From an uncultured Candidatus Saccharibacteria bacterium (GTDB lineage Bacteria > Patescibacteriota > Minisyncoccia > Phycocordibacterales > UBA12088), in the NCBI GenBank assembly GCA_964567265.1, contig CAZMLK010000001.1, forward strand, positions 395,723 through 459,722: 64,000 nt of DNA. Reading direction: 5' to 3'. Shown here one piece after another: positions 29,023-38,020 of the stretch. Positions within the stretch are counted from its first letter, which is position 1, and the number at the start of each line of letters is the position of its first letter. The position numbers were made by a program, and so were the translations under genes. The notes under the pieces are model-generated. The model made no database searches. It was not told the DNA's origin and worked only from the letters and a program-made list of their open reading frames with translations.

Positions 29023-30603
29023 CTACATCGTTATCTGCACCGCATTCCCCGCCTGATCGTATCCATTCGCCTTGAAGTAACGGATCTCGTAGCTGCCGGG
29101 AGTGACATTCTGGAATGTGTAGGTGCCCGATGGGCCGGTCGCATACGACCATGCAAGATACGAGCGGTTGCCTGCCCCGGTCGCATAGAGCCCGATCCAG
29201 TCGGTCGTCGTGAACGCAGTACTTGGGCCCACCCAGCTCGCGATGATTGTATTTCCAGATCTCGATGCGGAGAGTGAATATCCGGCTGCGGCAGAAAGAT
29301 CAGCTCGTGCGACTGCCGCCTTCGCCTGTACGGTGATTTCCGGAGTAACTGCAACTGATGTGTATTTATTATTCTTCAGATACCGGATCTCGAAGGTGCC
29401 GGTGCGGTCGAGCGTGAATGTCATGTCGCCGCTCGCAGCATCCCCGGTGTATTTCCAGGTCCCGTAGCTCCGGTTCGACGCGCCCTTCTCATAGATCGCG
29501 ATCCAGTCCTGCGTATTCGACGAGCCTCCTGGCGTCTGCCAGTGCACGGTCACGGTATCACTAACTCGCGGGGTCTGAGAGGAAATCGTGAGCGAGTATC
29601 CGGCTGCCGCTGCAGCGGAGCCCAGTGTATAGGTCGCTGAGGTCGCACGCCGGGTGTAGCCGTTGTTCTCGAAGGTACGCGCCTCATATGCGCCGGGCTC
29701 GAGCGAGTCTGTATTGAAACTGAGCGTTCCCGAATTGCCGGATGGAAGATACTGCCACAGAAGATAGGAGGAATCAGCAGCGCCGACCGGATAGAGCCCG
29801 ACCCAATCCCGCGAACTGCGGCCGGTCGGCGCCTCGAACCGCACCGAGAGCGTATTCCCGGAAATGCCATTGATGGCGAGTGCGTAGTTCCCTACGGGTG
29901 CAGCCGCAGCGCTTCCGGTCGTACCGGTGGTTCCGTCTTCTGTTCCCGTCCCGCCACCACCAGTCACGATCTCGCGCCACGGACCGCTGGGCACATTGCC
30001 CGCGTCCACGAACCGCCAAGACACCAGCATCTGGTCGCCGCCGTTCAAGCAGTCGCGCATGGCGGGAGAGAGATCGATGCCGATTGATTGGCGCGGTCCC
30101 GCGCTTCCGAATACGTACGCAATATCATCCTCACCGTATGGTCCGACATCTTCCCACTGGCCGTAGCAGGTCGCACCGTTCGAGGTGACCGCCACCCAAT
30201 GATTCTTGAGCTGCGAAACGCTCTTGCTCGCGCCGGATTGATACCACGGGATCTGGCTCGCGTTCGATTTCTGGGATCCGTTATTGCCGATGTCGTTATA
30301 CGGAAGCGCGATATAGAACGGATTCTCCTTCGGAGTGAACGCGCACGGGCGGTAGCCGCATCGATTGTCGGGATCGTCTTCCCCGCCGTAATGAGTTGCC
30401 CAGAGCTCGTCCCATGCGCTCGGGACGTTCGAGATGAAGCCGTTGTCTGAGGTCGCGCCTTCGCCTACCCAGAAGACAGTCGCGTTGACCGTTTTCGGGT
30501 TCGTTTCGGTCGCGGTGATGGCTGCTGCCGGGTATGGATAGGCTGCTCCGAGTAGAAGGAGGAATACGGCTAGCGATGCGGCTCTAATGCCCTTCCGATT
30601 CAT
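29023..30603 (-). CDS. secreted protein: N-terminal double-psi beta-barrel-like (RlpA/expansin-type) domain + 3 copies of the same ~90-aa repeat domain found in 23325..25730
   Basis: Signal peptide. N-domain with YGGEDD...C...C.F......LPY...HWVAVT.NGATCYGQWEDVGP pattern. Three repeats with WVGLY/WIAIY/WIGLY ... YEAR/FEIRY. Confidence 0.7.
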   Translation of the reverse strand: MNRKGIRAASLAVFLLLLGAAYPYPAAAITATETNPKTVNATVFWVGEGATSDNGFISNVPSAWDELWATHYGGEDDPDNRCGYRPCAFTPKENPFYIALPYNDIGNNGSQKSNASQIPWYQSGASKSVSQLKNHWVAVTSNGATCYGQWEDVGPYGEDDIAYVFGSAGPRQSIGIDLSPAMRDCLNGGDQMLVSWRFVDAGNVPSGPWREIVTGGGGTGTEDGTTGTTGSAAAAPVGNYALAINGISGNTLSVRFEAPTGRSSRDWVGLYPVGAADSSYLLWQYLPSGNSGTLSFNTDSLEPGAYEARTFENNGYTRRATSATYTLGSAAAAAGYSLTISSQTPRVSDTVTVHWQTPGGSSNTQDWIAIYEKGASNRSYGTWKYTGDAASGDMTFTLDRTGTFEIRYLKNNKYTSVAVTPEITVQAKAAVARADLSAAAGYSLSASRSGNTIIASWVGPSTAFTTTDWIGLYATGAGNRSYLAWSYATGPSGTYTFQNVTPGSYEIRYFKANGYDQAGNAVQITM

Positions 30604-30674
30604 GAAGGGGTTACTTTACAATTTTTCGGGGGTGGGGGCAAGGGAGAAATACAAAATCACAGTACCTTGAAGCA

Positions 30675-31538
30675 TCACTGATTTCCAGCTTCAAGCTGTG
30701 GATCGAGATCGTCCATGATGTACCGCATGAATTGTTTTCCCAGTTCAGTGAGAACCTGTTGATCATCGTTGAATGGAGACTTGAGCGTCTTAGCTTGGGG
30801 ACCGGCTTTCTTTTTTGCGACTCTTCGTCGCCACTGCCCATCCGCATCCGATTCTCGAGGTTGGCGCATAACGTCAGCCATTTGGAGTTCGTGGAAAAGG
30901 AACTTGAACAAATCGGCCTTCGCCGAGTCATCCCTTGGTATCTCACCGAATATCTCCGTTGCGATATCGTAAGAAGATATACCCGGATTCTGGTACACCA
31001 GCCTGAGTATCTGGAAATGAAGCTCGTGGAATCGCTCCATAAATTCCACAAAGAGGCGGACCACATCGTCATCCACAACGCGCATGCCAGCGGCGTTAGT
31101 GATGAGTTTTCGCAAACTCTCCCTTTTCTCGGTGGTATCGGCGCCGTCCCAGACGCGGAAAGTCTTACGCACAAGATTCAGATATTCTGTCGACTCTATT
31201 CGCTCTTCCGTCTGAATTCCAAATATCTCCAAACGCTCAAAGACACGACGCATATCCGCTAGTAACTCGCGAAGCTTCAACTCGTGCTCTTGTACCCACA
31301 AGAAAAGGAGCTTGTTCGTTATGCCTTGCTCCTTCTCGGCTGATAGAGTGGCAGCAGCACTTAAGACGCTTCCAACCCACGGAATACCACTCAACGCCGC
31401 CATTGCAACGCGTCCGTATTTCTTCCAATTTCCACCCGTTAGTTGCTCAAGAATAGCCCGCTCTTTTTCATTCAATACAACTGCTTCGATGCGTTCCGGG
31501 AGTTTGTGGTCTGCCATGGGAATCAGTCTACTCCTCAT
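30675..31538 (-). CDS. hypothetical protein (visibly lower GC than surroundings)
   Basis: 287-aa ORF, AT-richer codon usage than neighbours, lies between the surface locus and tRNA-Glu. No motif recognised. Start may be the second Met (MADHKL). Confidence 0.5.
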   Translation of the reverse strand: MRSRLIPMADHKLPERIEAVVLNEKERAILEQLTGGNWKKYGRVAMAALSGIPWVGSVLSAAATLSAEKEQGITNKLLFLWVQEHELKLRELLADMRRVFERLEIFGIQTEERIESTEYLNLVRKTFRVWDGADTTEKRESLRKLITNAAGMRVVDDDVVRLFVEFMERFHELHFQILRLVYQNPGISSYDIATEIFGEIPRDDSAKADLFKFLFHELQMADVMRQPRESDADGQWRRRVAKKKAGPQAKTLKSPFNDDQQVLTELGKQFMRYIMDDLDPQLEAGNQ

Positions 31539-31758
31539 ATATTTATCAGCAAATTTCTCGTAACATGTAACGAAATATGATTTTGTGCCCCCGTCTAGCT
31601 TCAGTGTGGTCGTCGGTCCTTACAGGACCAGTATCCCGATTGGATTTTTTAGTGCGGCCATAAATGGCCGACAAAAAATGCTCAATCGGGCTTCGACTCC
31701 CGGACGAAGTCTCCCCCGGAGACTTCTTAGGGTCCCAACTTTCGCTACGCTCAATTTG

Positions 31759-31830
31759 TGACCCTACCGGGAGTCGAACCCGGCTTTAGAGCTTGAGAAG
31801 CTCTCGTCCTAACCGATAGACGATAGGGCC
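31759..31830 (-). tRNA. tRNA-Glu (anticodon CUC), CCA not encoded
   Basis: Reverse complement GGCCCTATCGTCTATCGGTTAGGACGAGAGCTTCTCAAGCTCTAAAGCCGGGTTCGACTCCCGGTAGGGTCA. 7-bp acceptor (one G-U), D-arm with GG, anticodon stem AGAGC/GCTCT with loop TTCTCAA, T-arm CCGGG-TTCGACT-CCCGG. Confidence 0.85.
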
Positions 31831-31861
31831 AATGTACACCGAAAGTACCACAGTTTCCCGA

Positions 31862-31898
31862 TTTTAAAAAGGTGAGGCCGCCCAAGACATGGGCGGCC
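31862..31898 (-). terminator. terminator for 31903..32205 gene
   Basis: ggccgccc-aagacat-gggcggcc hairpin followed on the minus strand by TTTTTAAAAT. Confidence 0.65.
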
Positions 31899-31902
31899 CA
31901 CT

Positions 31903-32205
31903 TCATTGCTTTGCTGGTTCGACAAGCTCAAGCGCGTCTGGGTGATACGTCTTATCTCGGCCTGACAAATGTACCTGTCCGCGCGCGTCTACCGACTTTA
32001 CCTGGTACTCCTCCCATCCGCGCGCATCTACCAGGCGGACGATATCTCCCTTCTTGAACGTAACCACGACCTTGTTGGCTTTTTGGCCGTCAGCACGCGT
32101 CCGCTGGCGTTTTCTTGTGTCGCGCAAAATGTCAGAGATCGTCTCATTAATGATTCTCTGATGTACCGCTCCTGGCCGCCGCCTGTCTCCGCTGGCGATG
32201 TCCAT
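31903..32205 (-). CDS. hypothetical small basic protein
   Basis: Start trimmed to MDIASG, because the longer ORF would run through the upstream gene's terminator hairpin. KOW/SH3-like VVVTFKKGDIVRLVD segment. Confidence 0.4.
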   Translation of the reverse strand: MDIASGDRRRPGAVHQRIINETISDILRDTRKRQRTRADGQKANKVVVTFKKGDIVRLVDARGWEEYQVKSVDARGQVHLSGRDKTYHPDALELVEPAKQ

Positions 32206-32257
32206 CGAACCTCCATTCGTTGATGCTTTCGATATTAAGATGCATATATTGAGATGT

Positions 32258-32300
32258 GTCAAATATAAGACCCCCGCGCGCACCTCGGTGCGGCGGGGGT
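32258..32300 (-). terminator. terminator for 32309..32635 gene
   Basis: Imperfect GC hairpin cccccgcgcgcacc/ggtgcggcggggg followed on the minus strand by TCTTATATTT. Confidence 0.5.
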
Positions 32301-32308
32301 CGGACGGC

Positions 32309-32635
32309 CTAGGCCATCTGCGGCCAGACGAGACCTCTCATGAGCGAGCTGAGATCAGGCGTCGGGACTAGTTGGGAGATGCTGTGGAGCAGGCGGCGTA
32401 CTTTCCGCCCGCCCCGGACAGCGTCAGTCTGGATCGGCGTGACGTGGGCCATTAGGAGGCCAGTCCCCGTAAGAAACACTCGGCAAATGCGCACTATGAT
32501 GCGTCGTTTGCCGTCGATCAGATATGCCGTAAGCGCGGCGCCGCTTTTCAGTTGCTCCTTGAAAAATCGAAGGAGCGGATTTGTTGCCCGAGCCCGGGTA
32601 CGGCGGCCGCTATTCGTGCAAATCTTCAACGTCAT
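32309..32635 (-). CDS. hypothetical protein
   Basis: 108-aa basic ORF with a terminator after its stop. Confidence 0.4.
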   Translation of the reverse strand: MTLKICTNSGRRTRARATNPLLRFFKEQLKSGAALTAYLIDGKRRIIVRICRVFLTGTGLLMAHVTPIQTDAVRGGRKVRRLLHSISQLVPTPDLSSLMRGLVWPQMA

Positions 32636-32774
32636 CTACAAACCTCCGCTGGTTTCAGAGAACAAATGCCCTCCCTGGGCACCTGAAGATAGTACCGAAA
32701 AATTGACTTTTTGAAAAGGTGGGTTGAAAAATACCCGGGCGTGAGCCCGGGCATTGGTCGGATGAAAATTCTCT

Positions 32775-33185
32775 TCAGGCAGGCACGACGCCCGCGATTT
32801 CGAGGAAGCGCTCACGAAGCCACGCAGGCGGTCGTGGTGTTTCCTCGCTTCCATCTGCTGCAATGATCACGTGCTGGCAGTTTGTGTCCGACATACCGAG
32901 CACATGTTCCCCAAGCGAACGCGCATACGCATCCATATATTGTCTCACGTGTCTTGCAGCGTCGCGTCGCCTCCGCGTACTGAGCGAGAGCGCCTTCCGC
33001 CAGAGATGCGAGGGCTTGAACCAGTCGCGTGTTTCAACATACAGGCAGACAACCGAGATCGGGCAAATGCCGTCTCGGTAAGACGGAGGCACGAATCGTA
33101 GGTGCGTACCATGTATGAGAACGGGGGTATAGCTTCCGTTGCAGATTGCTGTTTTAAGCGTTGAAAGGAATGTTTCGATATCCAC
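32775..33185 (-). CDS. hypothetical protein (GTG start)
   Basis: 136-aa ORF; GGGGAG Shine-Dalgarno motif upstream of the GTG start; promoter-like element upstream. Confidence 0.4.
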   Translation of the reverse strand: MDIETFLSTLKTAICNGSYTPVLIHGTHLRFVPPSYRDGICPISVVCLYVETRDWFKPSHLWRKALSLSTRRRRDAARHVRQYMDAYARSLGEHVLGMSDTNCQHVIIAADGSEETPRPPAWLRERFLEIAGVVPA

Positions 33186-33220
33186 GAGTCTTCACTCCCC
33201 TAGTACTATTGACTGGAAAT

Positions 33221-33249
33221 TTTATACATTACGGAAACATTAAAGTCAA
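33221..33249 (-). promoter_or_regulatory. sigma70-like promoter (TTGACT-17-TATAAA) for 32775..33185
   Basis: Minus-strand hexamers with a 17-nt spacer in the 68-bp gap after murF. Confidence 0.4.
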
Positions 33250-33253
33250 GTTC

Positions 33254-34546
33254 CTACCTCCGGAGCCACTCTGCGTCCTGGCGGGCGAGAAGCTCTTCCT
33301 TGATCTGCGGATTCGCCATGAACTGCTCGATACAGCGCTCCATGCGGATGGACTGCGAGCCTTTGACGAAAATGACATCCCCTTCCTCCATCATGGACTC
33401 GATCATCTGTCCTGCCTCTTCCGCATCCCTGCATTCGAAAATAGTCTTCTTCTTCATGCCGGCTGCGTGCGCGCTCTTGGCTGAGAAATGCGCCCGCACA
33501 CCGACGGTGAGGAGTATATCCGCGACTTCCGCGAGCTGCTTCCCCGCGATCTTATGCGCTTCGATCGAGTACGAGCCGAGCTCGAGCATGTCGCCGAAGG
33601 CGACGATAGTGCGCCGGTGCGTGGTGAGGCTCTTCAGCGTGGCGACCGCTTCTTCGACCGCAACCGGTGAGGCATTGTAGGAATCATCAACGATCATCGT
33701 CCCCTTCTCTCCCTTCAAAATGCGCATACGGCCCGGCGACGGGATATGGTTCTGGAACGCGTCGCGGAGTTCAGAAAGCGTGACGCCTTCGAGCGTTCCC
33801 ATCGCGGTCGCGGCAAGAAGCGGGTATGCATGCTGGGCGCCAAGAACGCCCGGCAGCGTGAAGTTCGCCGTTTCTCCCCCCGCGTTCACGATGAGCGTGA
33901 TGCCGGAGGTGAGGACATCATTGGTGAGCACGTTCTGGAGCCCGCGACCTTGTATTTCGGAGCCTTCGTGGAATCCATAGGTCACCATCCTTCCTTTCCA
34001 TCCTGCTGCACGCTTCAGGATGTTGTGATCGTCCTTGTTGATGATGAGCGTGCCGTTCTCGGTGAGCGCATGCACGATCTTGAAATCCTCGTCGTTGACG
34101 GCGTCTGGCGAATCGAAATATTCCACATGAACCGGCAGGTCAGGAAAGCGCGTGAGGATGACGGCATCCACAGAGAGCCACTTTGCGAGTGCTTCGATAT
34201 CGCCCGGATGATCCGAACCGACTTCGAGCACCAGCCATTCCGGATACTGCTCCTTCACGAAAATAAGCACGAGCCCCGCGACAATGTTCTTCGTCCACAG
34301 GAACGGATTGTTCCATGCATTCGGCCGCCCGAGGATGGTGAGCGGCACGCCGATCTCGCTGTTGAAGCTCTTCTGGCTTTTCCGCACGAAGTATTTCTCG
34401 GAAAGCGCGACATACACGGCGTCCTTGGTGGACGTCTTTCCGACACTGCCAGAAACCGCGACGATGCGCGGTTTGTATTTCTTAAGGATCAGCCTGGCTT
34501 CGAAGGTCAGTATTGCAACCAGGATGCTGCGAAGAATGTGTTTCAT
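33254..34546 (-). CDS. murF: UDP-N-acetylmuramoyl-tripeptide--D-alanyl-D-alanine ligase
   Basis: Mur ligase P-loop SGSVGKTSTKD, central and C-terminal Mur ligase domains (DDSYNASP); position in the cell-division cluster downstream of ftsI. Confidence 0.75.
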   Translation of the reverse strand: MKHILRSILVAILTFEARLILKKYKPRIVAVSGSVGKTSTKDAVYVALSEKYFVRKSQKSFNSEIGVPLTILGRPNAWNNPFLWTKNIVAGLVLIFVKEQYPEWLVLEVGSDHPGDIEALAKWLSVDAVILTRFPDLPVHVEYFDSPDAVNDEDFKIVHALTENGTLIINKDDHNILKRAAGWKGRMVTYGFHEGSEIQGRGLQNVLTNDVLTSGITLIVNAGGETANFTLPGVLGAQHAYPLLAATAMGTLEGVTLSELRDAFQNHIPSPGRMRILKGEKGTMIVDDSYNASPVAVEEAVATLKSLTTHRRTIVAFGDMLELGSYSIEAHKIAGKQLAEVADILLTVGVRAHFSAKSAHAAGMKKKTIFECRDAEEAGQMIESMMEEGDVIFVKGSQSIRMERCIEQFMANPQIKEELLARQDAEWLRR

Positions 34547-34620
34547 TGTCGAGGAAGCTTAGCATCGGCCGGCAGATCGAAAGCCAGGGCGACGAAGCTT
34601 GGATGGAAGAGTTCAGCTGC

Positions 34621-36333
34621 TTAGCGGTCCGGCGGGAGGTCGTAGTAGTTGATGAGGAAGTCGGTCAGCTCCATGAACGGCTCGGTGAGCGTATGGGATG
34701 CGTATTCCACGCCCTTTGGTTCGACAGTGTAGAGGAAGATGATGAACTTGGGATCGTAGGCCGGAAAGTACCCGAAGAATGAGTGGAGGTACCTGTCATC
34801 ATAATAGCCTCGCGCGCCCTCCTTCGCAATCTGCGCGGTACCGGTTTTCGCGGCGATCGTGTAATGCTCATGCTTGTATTGGCCTCCGAGCAATGACTTA
34901 TCCACAACCTCGACGAGCATGCGCGTGATTTCCTCGGAGGTCTCCTTCTTGAGGACCGGTCCCTCCGGCGGATACACCAGCGCCTTCGAGACGCCTGACG
35001 AGAGCTCGATCTCTTTCCCAAGATGCGGGGTCGGGAGCATGCCGCCGTTCCCGAGGGACGCGAGCGCGCGGATGGTCTCGACCGGCGAGAGCGCGATTCC
35101 CTGTCCGAACGATGCAGTCGCGTATTCGACAGCACGCGGGCTTTCGAGGTTCGTTATGAGGCCTGCGGCTTCGTTCGGAAGGTCGATGCCGGTTTCCTTG
35201 CCGAGATCATAGGCACGCATGTATTTTGCAAAATCATTCCGGCCCATCTTGTCGACGACGAACGCAACGCCGGTATTCAGCGACTGGTTGAGGACTTCCT
35301 GCATCGAGACGACGCCGCGCGCCTTGTGGTCGTAATTCGAGATGGTGTATCCGTCGAGCGTGATATGCCCCATGTCGTTGTATGTCGTCGTTCGCTTCAC
35401 GGCGCCGGAATCGAGGCCAGCCGCCATGGTAAGCGGCTTGATGATCGAGCCCATTTCATACACGTGCTCGACGAGCGGCTGCGCGAAGACCGTGGCATCT
35501 TCTACCTGCTTGAAATTATTGAGATCGAAGGTCGGATTGACCGCGAGCGCGTAAATCGACCCGTCCTTCGGATTCATGATGATGCCACCCGTAAGACGCG
35601 AAGAGTATTTCTGCTCAACACCCTTCAGGATTCCTTCGAGATATTGCTGGACCGACGGCTCGAGCGTGGTTACCACGTCACCAGCCTGACGCTTGCCCGT
35701 CTCGAAGACCGCGCTCCCGATCGTCGAGAACACTTCCGCGAAGAAGTTCACGTCGACGTTCTCAGTGTCGCGCGCAAGAACATCGTTGTAGTACCGCTCG
35801 AGGCCGACGATACCGGTCTCCGTGTCGCCCTGGAATCCGACGAAGCCGAGCGTCTGCGCCCCCAGCATTCCTCCCGGATAGAACCGCCAGCGCTCGCGAT
35901 AGGCGTGCACGCCCGGGAGGTCGAGCCCGTCGATCTTGATTGCCGCATCTTCAGGGACATGATCGGCAATCTCCTCATAGGGATCCTCCTTCTTCGCGGC
36001 GTGCGCCATGAATTCAGCTCGATCGAGCGGCGTGAGCGCATTCAAGGCGGCGTACACCTTTTCAGGGTCGCTGATAAGCCGCGGGTCGATCGCGATTGTG
36101 AAGCCAGAGGCGAGCGTCGCGCCCGAGACCTTCTTCCCATCCTTCGTCTCGAAGAAGATGGTGCCGCGATCGTAAAGATCCTGGTTCGGCCGGACATATT
36201 GCCGGTTGCCCCGCTCCGAATAGACATCGCCATGGACGATTTGTATGAAATACAGCCGGCCGATGAGGACCAGGCCGAACAGCAGTATGAATCCGGCGAT
36301 GAGGCGGATCCGGAGTGTGAAGGCGTGTCGCAT
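34621..36333 (-). CDS. ftsI: peptidoglycan D,D-transpeptidase (class B PBP, FtsI-like)
   Basis: N-terminal TM, SxxK (GSIIKP), SxN, KTGTA motifs; located in the cell-division cluster after ftsL. Confidence 0.85.
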   Translation of the reverse strand: MRHAFTLRIRLIAGFILLFGLVLIGRLYFIQIVHGDVYSERGNRQYVRPNQDLYDRGTIFFETKDGKKVSGATLASGFTIAIDPRLISDPEKVYAALNALTPLDRAEFMAHAAKKEDPYEEIADHVPEDAAIKIDGLDLPGVHAYRERWRFYPGGMLGAQTLGFVGFQGDTETGIVGLERYYNDVLARDTENVDVNFFAEVFSTIGSAVFETGKRQAGDVVTTLEPSVQQYLEGILKGVEQKYSSRLTGGIIMNPKDGSIYALAVNPTFDLNNFKQVEDATVFAQPLVEHVYEMGSIIKPLTMAAGLDSGAVKRTTTYNDMGHITLDGYTISNYDHKARGVVSMQEVLNQSLNTGVAFVVDKMGRNDFAKYMRAYDLGKETGIDLPNEAAGLITNLESPRAVEYATASFGQGIALSPVETIRALASLGNGGMLPTPHLGKEIELSSGVSKALVYPPEGPVLKKETSEEITRMLVEVVDKSLLGGQYKHEHYTIAAKTGTAQIAKEGARGYYDDRYLHSFFGYFPAYDPKFIIFLYTVEPKGVEYASHTLTEPFMELTDFLINYYDLPPDR

Positions 36334-36352
36334 GCGTCGGTTGGCCTTATGC

Positions 36353-36667
36353 CTAGCGGCTCACTGACAACGAGAGTCCCTGACGGGTCACGAATTCCTT
36401 ATCCTTTACCGGCGCGAATCCCGACGCTTCCGCGCGTGCGAAATCGATCGCATCTTTTTTCTGCAAATATATGGCTTCGAGCGTCGCCACCTGGCTGTGC
36501 GTCTGTGCAACCTTTCGGTCCAACTCCTCGCGGAGGACGACGTTCACGATCGACATGCTGATGCCGTACATGTAGACGGCAATCGAAAATCCCCCAACGG
36601 CTATCAAAAGCCAGAAGAGGCGGTAGGGCGCGTTATGAAGGACTAGGGCTCGGACGTGCGATTTCAT
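36353..36667 (-). CDS. ftsL: FtsL-like small bitopic cell-division protein
   Basis: 104 aa, a single TM (LFWLLIAVGGFSIAVYMYGI) followed by a coiled-coil; located between rsmH and ftsI. Confidence 0.5.
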   Translation of the reverse strand: MKSHVRALVLHNAPYRLFWLLIAVGGFSIAVYMYGISMSIVNVVLREELDRKVAQTHSQVATLEAIYLQKKDAIDFARAEASGFAPVKDKEFVTRQGLSLSVSR

Positions 36668-36678
36668 AAGATGTGGAG

Positions 36679-37584
36679 CTAGTGTTTTTGGAAAATGCGG
36701 AGCTTCGCGCTGCGGGATGGCGGATTCGCCTTGAGCTCCTCGGGCGATGCGGTTATCGGCCGCTTCGGTATCAAGGAACCTACTCCCTCGCGTTCTGCAT
36801 CCTTGAACATCGTCTTCACGATACGGTCTTCGATGCTATGGAAGCTGATGATTGCGATGCGACCGTTTGGCGGAAGGATCTTGACCGCTTTCTCGATCGT
36901 CTCGCGCAGGGCTCCCAACTCATCGTTGGTGGCGATACGAAGCGCCTGGAAGGTCTTTGTGGCTGGATGGATGCGTCGTCTGCGGTACCATGCCGGCACG
37001 GCAGCTTCGATGATGGCGACGAGCTTTCCGGTCGTGTCGATCGGTGATTCCTCGCGCGCTTCGACGATGGCCTTCGCGATGCGCCTGGCGAACTGCTCCT
37101 CTCCGTAGCCGAAGATGATGTCCGCGATCGTCGCCTCGCTCCACTCGTTCACGATCATCGCTGCGGTGAAATCGGAATCGCCTGGTGTCTCTTGGTAGGT
37201 CATCAGGAGTGGCTCATCCTTTTGGAACGAGAACCCCCTTCCGACCTCTCCTTCGACTCCATCTATCTGATTCCGGCTCCACCCGAGGTCGAGGAGGAGC
37301 TTGTTCGGAGCACTGATGCCAAATCTCTGGGCTATCGCATCAAAGTTCCGAAAGTTGTCCTCAACCAGGTGTATGGCGGGCTTCGCGCCCTCCAGCCGCT
37401 TCTTGGTCTTCTCAAGCGCGCTTCTATCGAGATCGATCCCGATCAAGACGCCGCCGGTGCCAAGCTTCGAGGCGATCAGCTCGCTGTGCCCCCCTCCGTT
37501 CGCGGTGCCGTCGATGACGACGTCGTTCTCAGTGAGGGCCAGTCCGTCGATCGATTCGTTCAGAAGTACGGTGTAGTGGGACAT
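36679..37584 (-). CDS. rsmH: 16S rRNA (cytosine1402-N4)-methyltransferase
   Basis: MSHYTVLLNESIDGL...DGTANGGGHS SAM-binding motif; ...ISFHSIEDRIVK. Start trimmed to that Met, 1 nt after the mraZ stop. Confidence 0.9.
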   Translation of the reverse strand: MSHYTVLLNESIDGLALTENDVVIDGTANGGGHSELIASKLGTGGVLIGIDLDRSALEKTKKRLEGAKPAIHLVEDNFRNFDAIAQRFGISAPNKLLLDLGWSRNQIDGVEGEVGRGFSFQKDEPLLMTYQETPGDSDFTAAMIVNEWSEATIADIIFGYGEEQFARRIAKAIVEAREESPIDTTGKLVAIIEAAVPAWYRRRRIHPATKTFQALRIATNDELGALRETIEKAVKILPPNGRIAIISFHSIEDRIVKTMFKDAEREGVGSLIPKRPITASPEELKANPPSRSAKLRIFQKH

Positions 37585-37585
37585 G

Positions 37586-38020
37586 TTAGATGATTCCCAC
37601 TTCCCCGAGCTTCTCTGCCATCGAATCTGCCTGCTTCTCGATCCGCTTCTTGTAGTCCTGCCAGGTATCCACGTCCCAGACTTCGACTCGGGTCTCCACT
37701 CCAGCGAGTACGACTTTGTCTTTGAGCGCAGCAAACTCCTTGAGGAAGTCCGGGACGAGCATCCTGCCCACCTGGTCTACCTCGACCTCGACTGCTCCCG
37801 AAAAGAGGAAGCGGCTGAAGCCTCGAGTGTCGGCCTGACCCATGGGAAGGTTGCGGACCTTCTCGGTAATCGTCTTCCATTCCTTCAGCGAGTACACGAA
37901 GAGGCAGGCATCGAGGCCTTTGGTCATGATGACCGTCCGGCCCAGTTCTTTGCGGAATTTCGCCGGCAAAGACAAGCGCTTCTTCGGGTCCAATGTGTGG
38001 GTGTACTCGCCTATCAGCAT
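37586..38020 (-). CDS. mraZ: transcriptional regulator MraZ
   Basis: MLIGEYTHTLDPKKRLSLPAKFRKEL and the second SpoVT/AbrB-like repeat; first gene of the cell-division cluster. Confidence 0.9.
   Translation of the reverse strand: MLIGEYTHTLDPKKRLSLPAKFRKELGRTVIMTKGLDACLFVYSLKEWKTITEKVRNLPMGQADTRGFSRFLFSGAVEVEVDQVGRMLVPDFLKEFAALKDKVVLAGVETRVEVWDVDTWQDYKKRIEKQADSMAEKLGEVGII

Noticed and set aside
31560-31758. Possible tmRNA or second tRNA next to tRNA-Glu
   Set aside because: Only the T-arm is tRNA-like. There is no acceptor stem pairing, no CCA context, and no tag-peptide reading frame ending in a stop, so it is treated as a relict or structured spacer instead.
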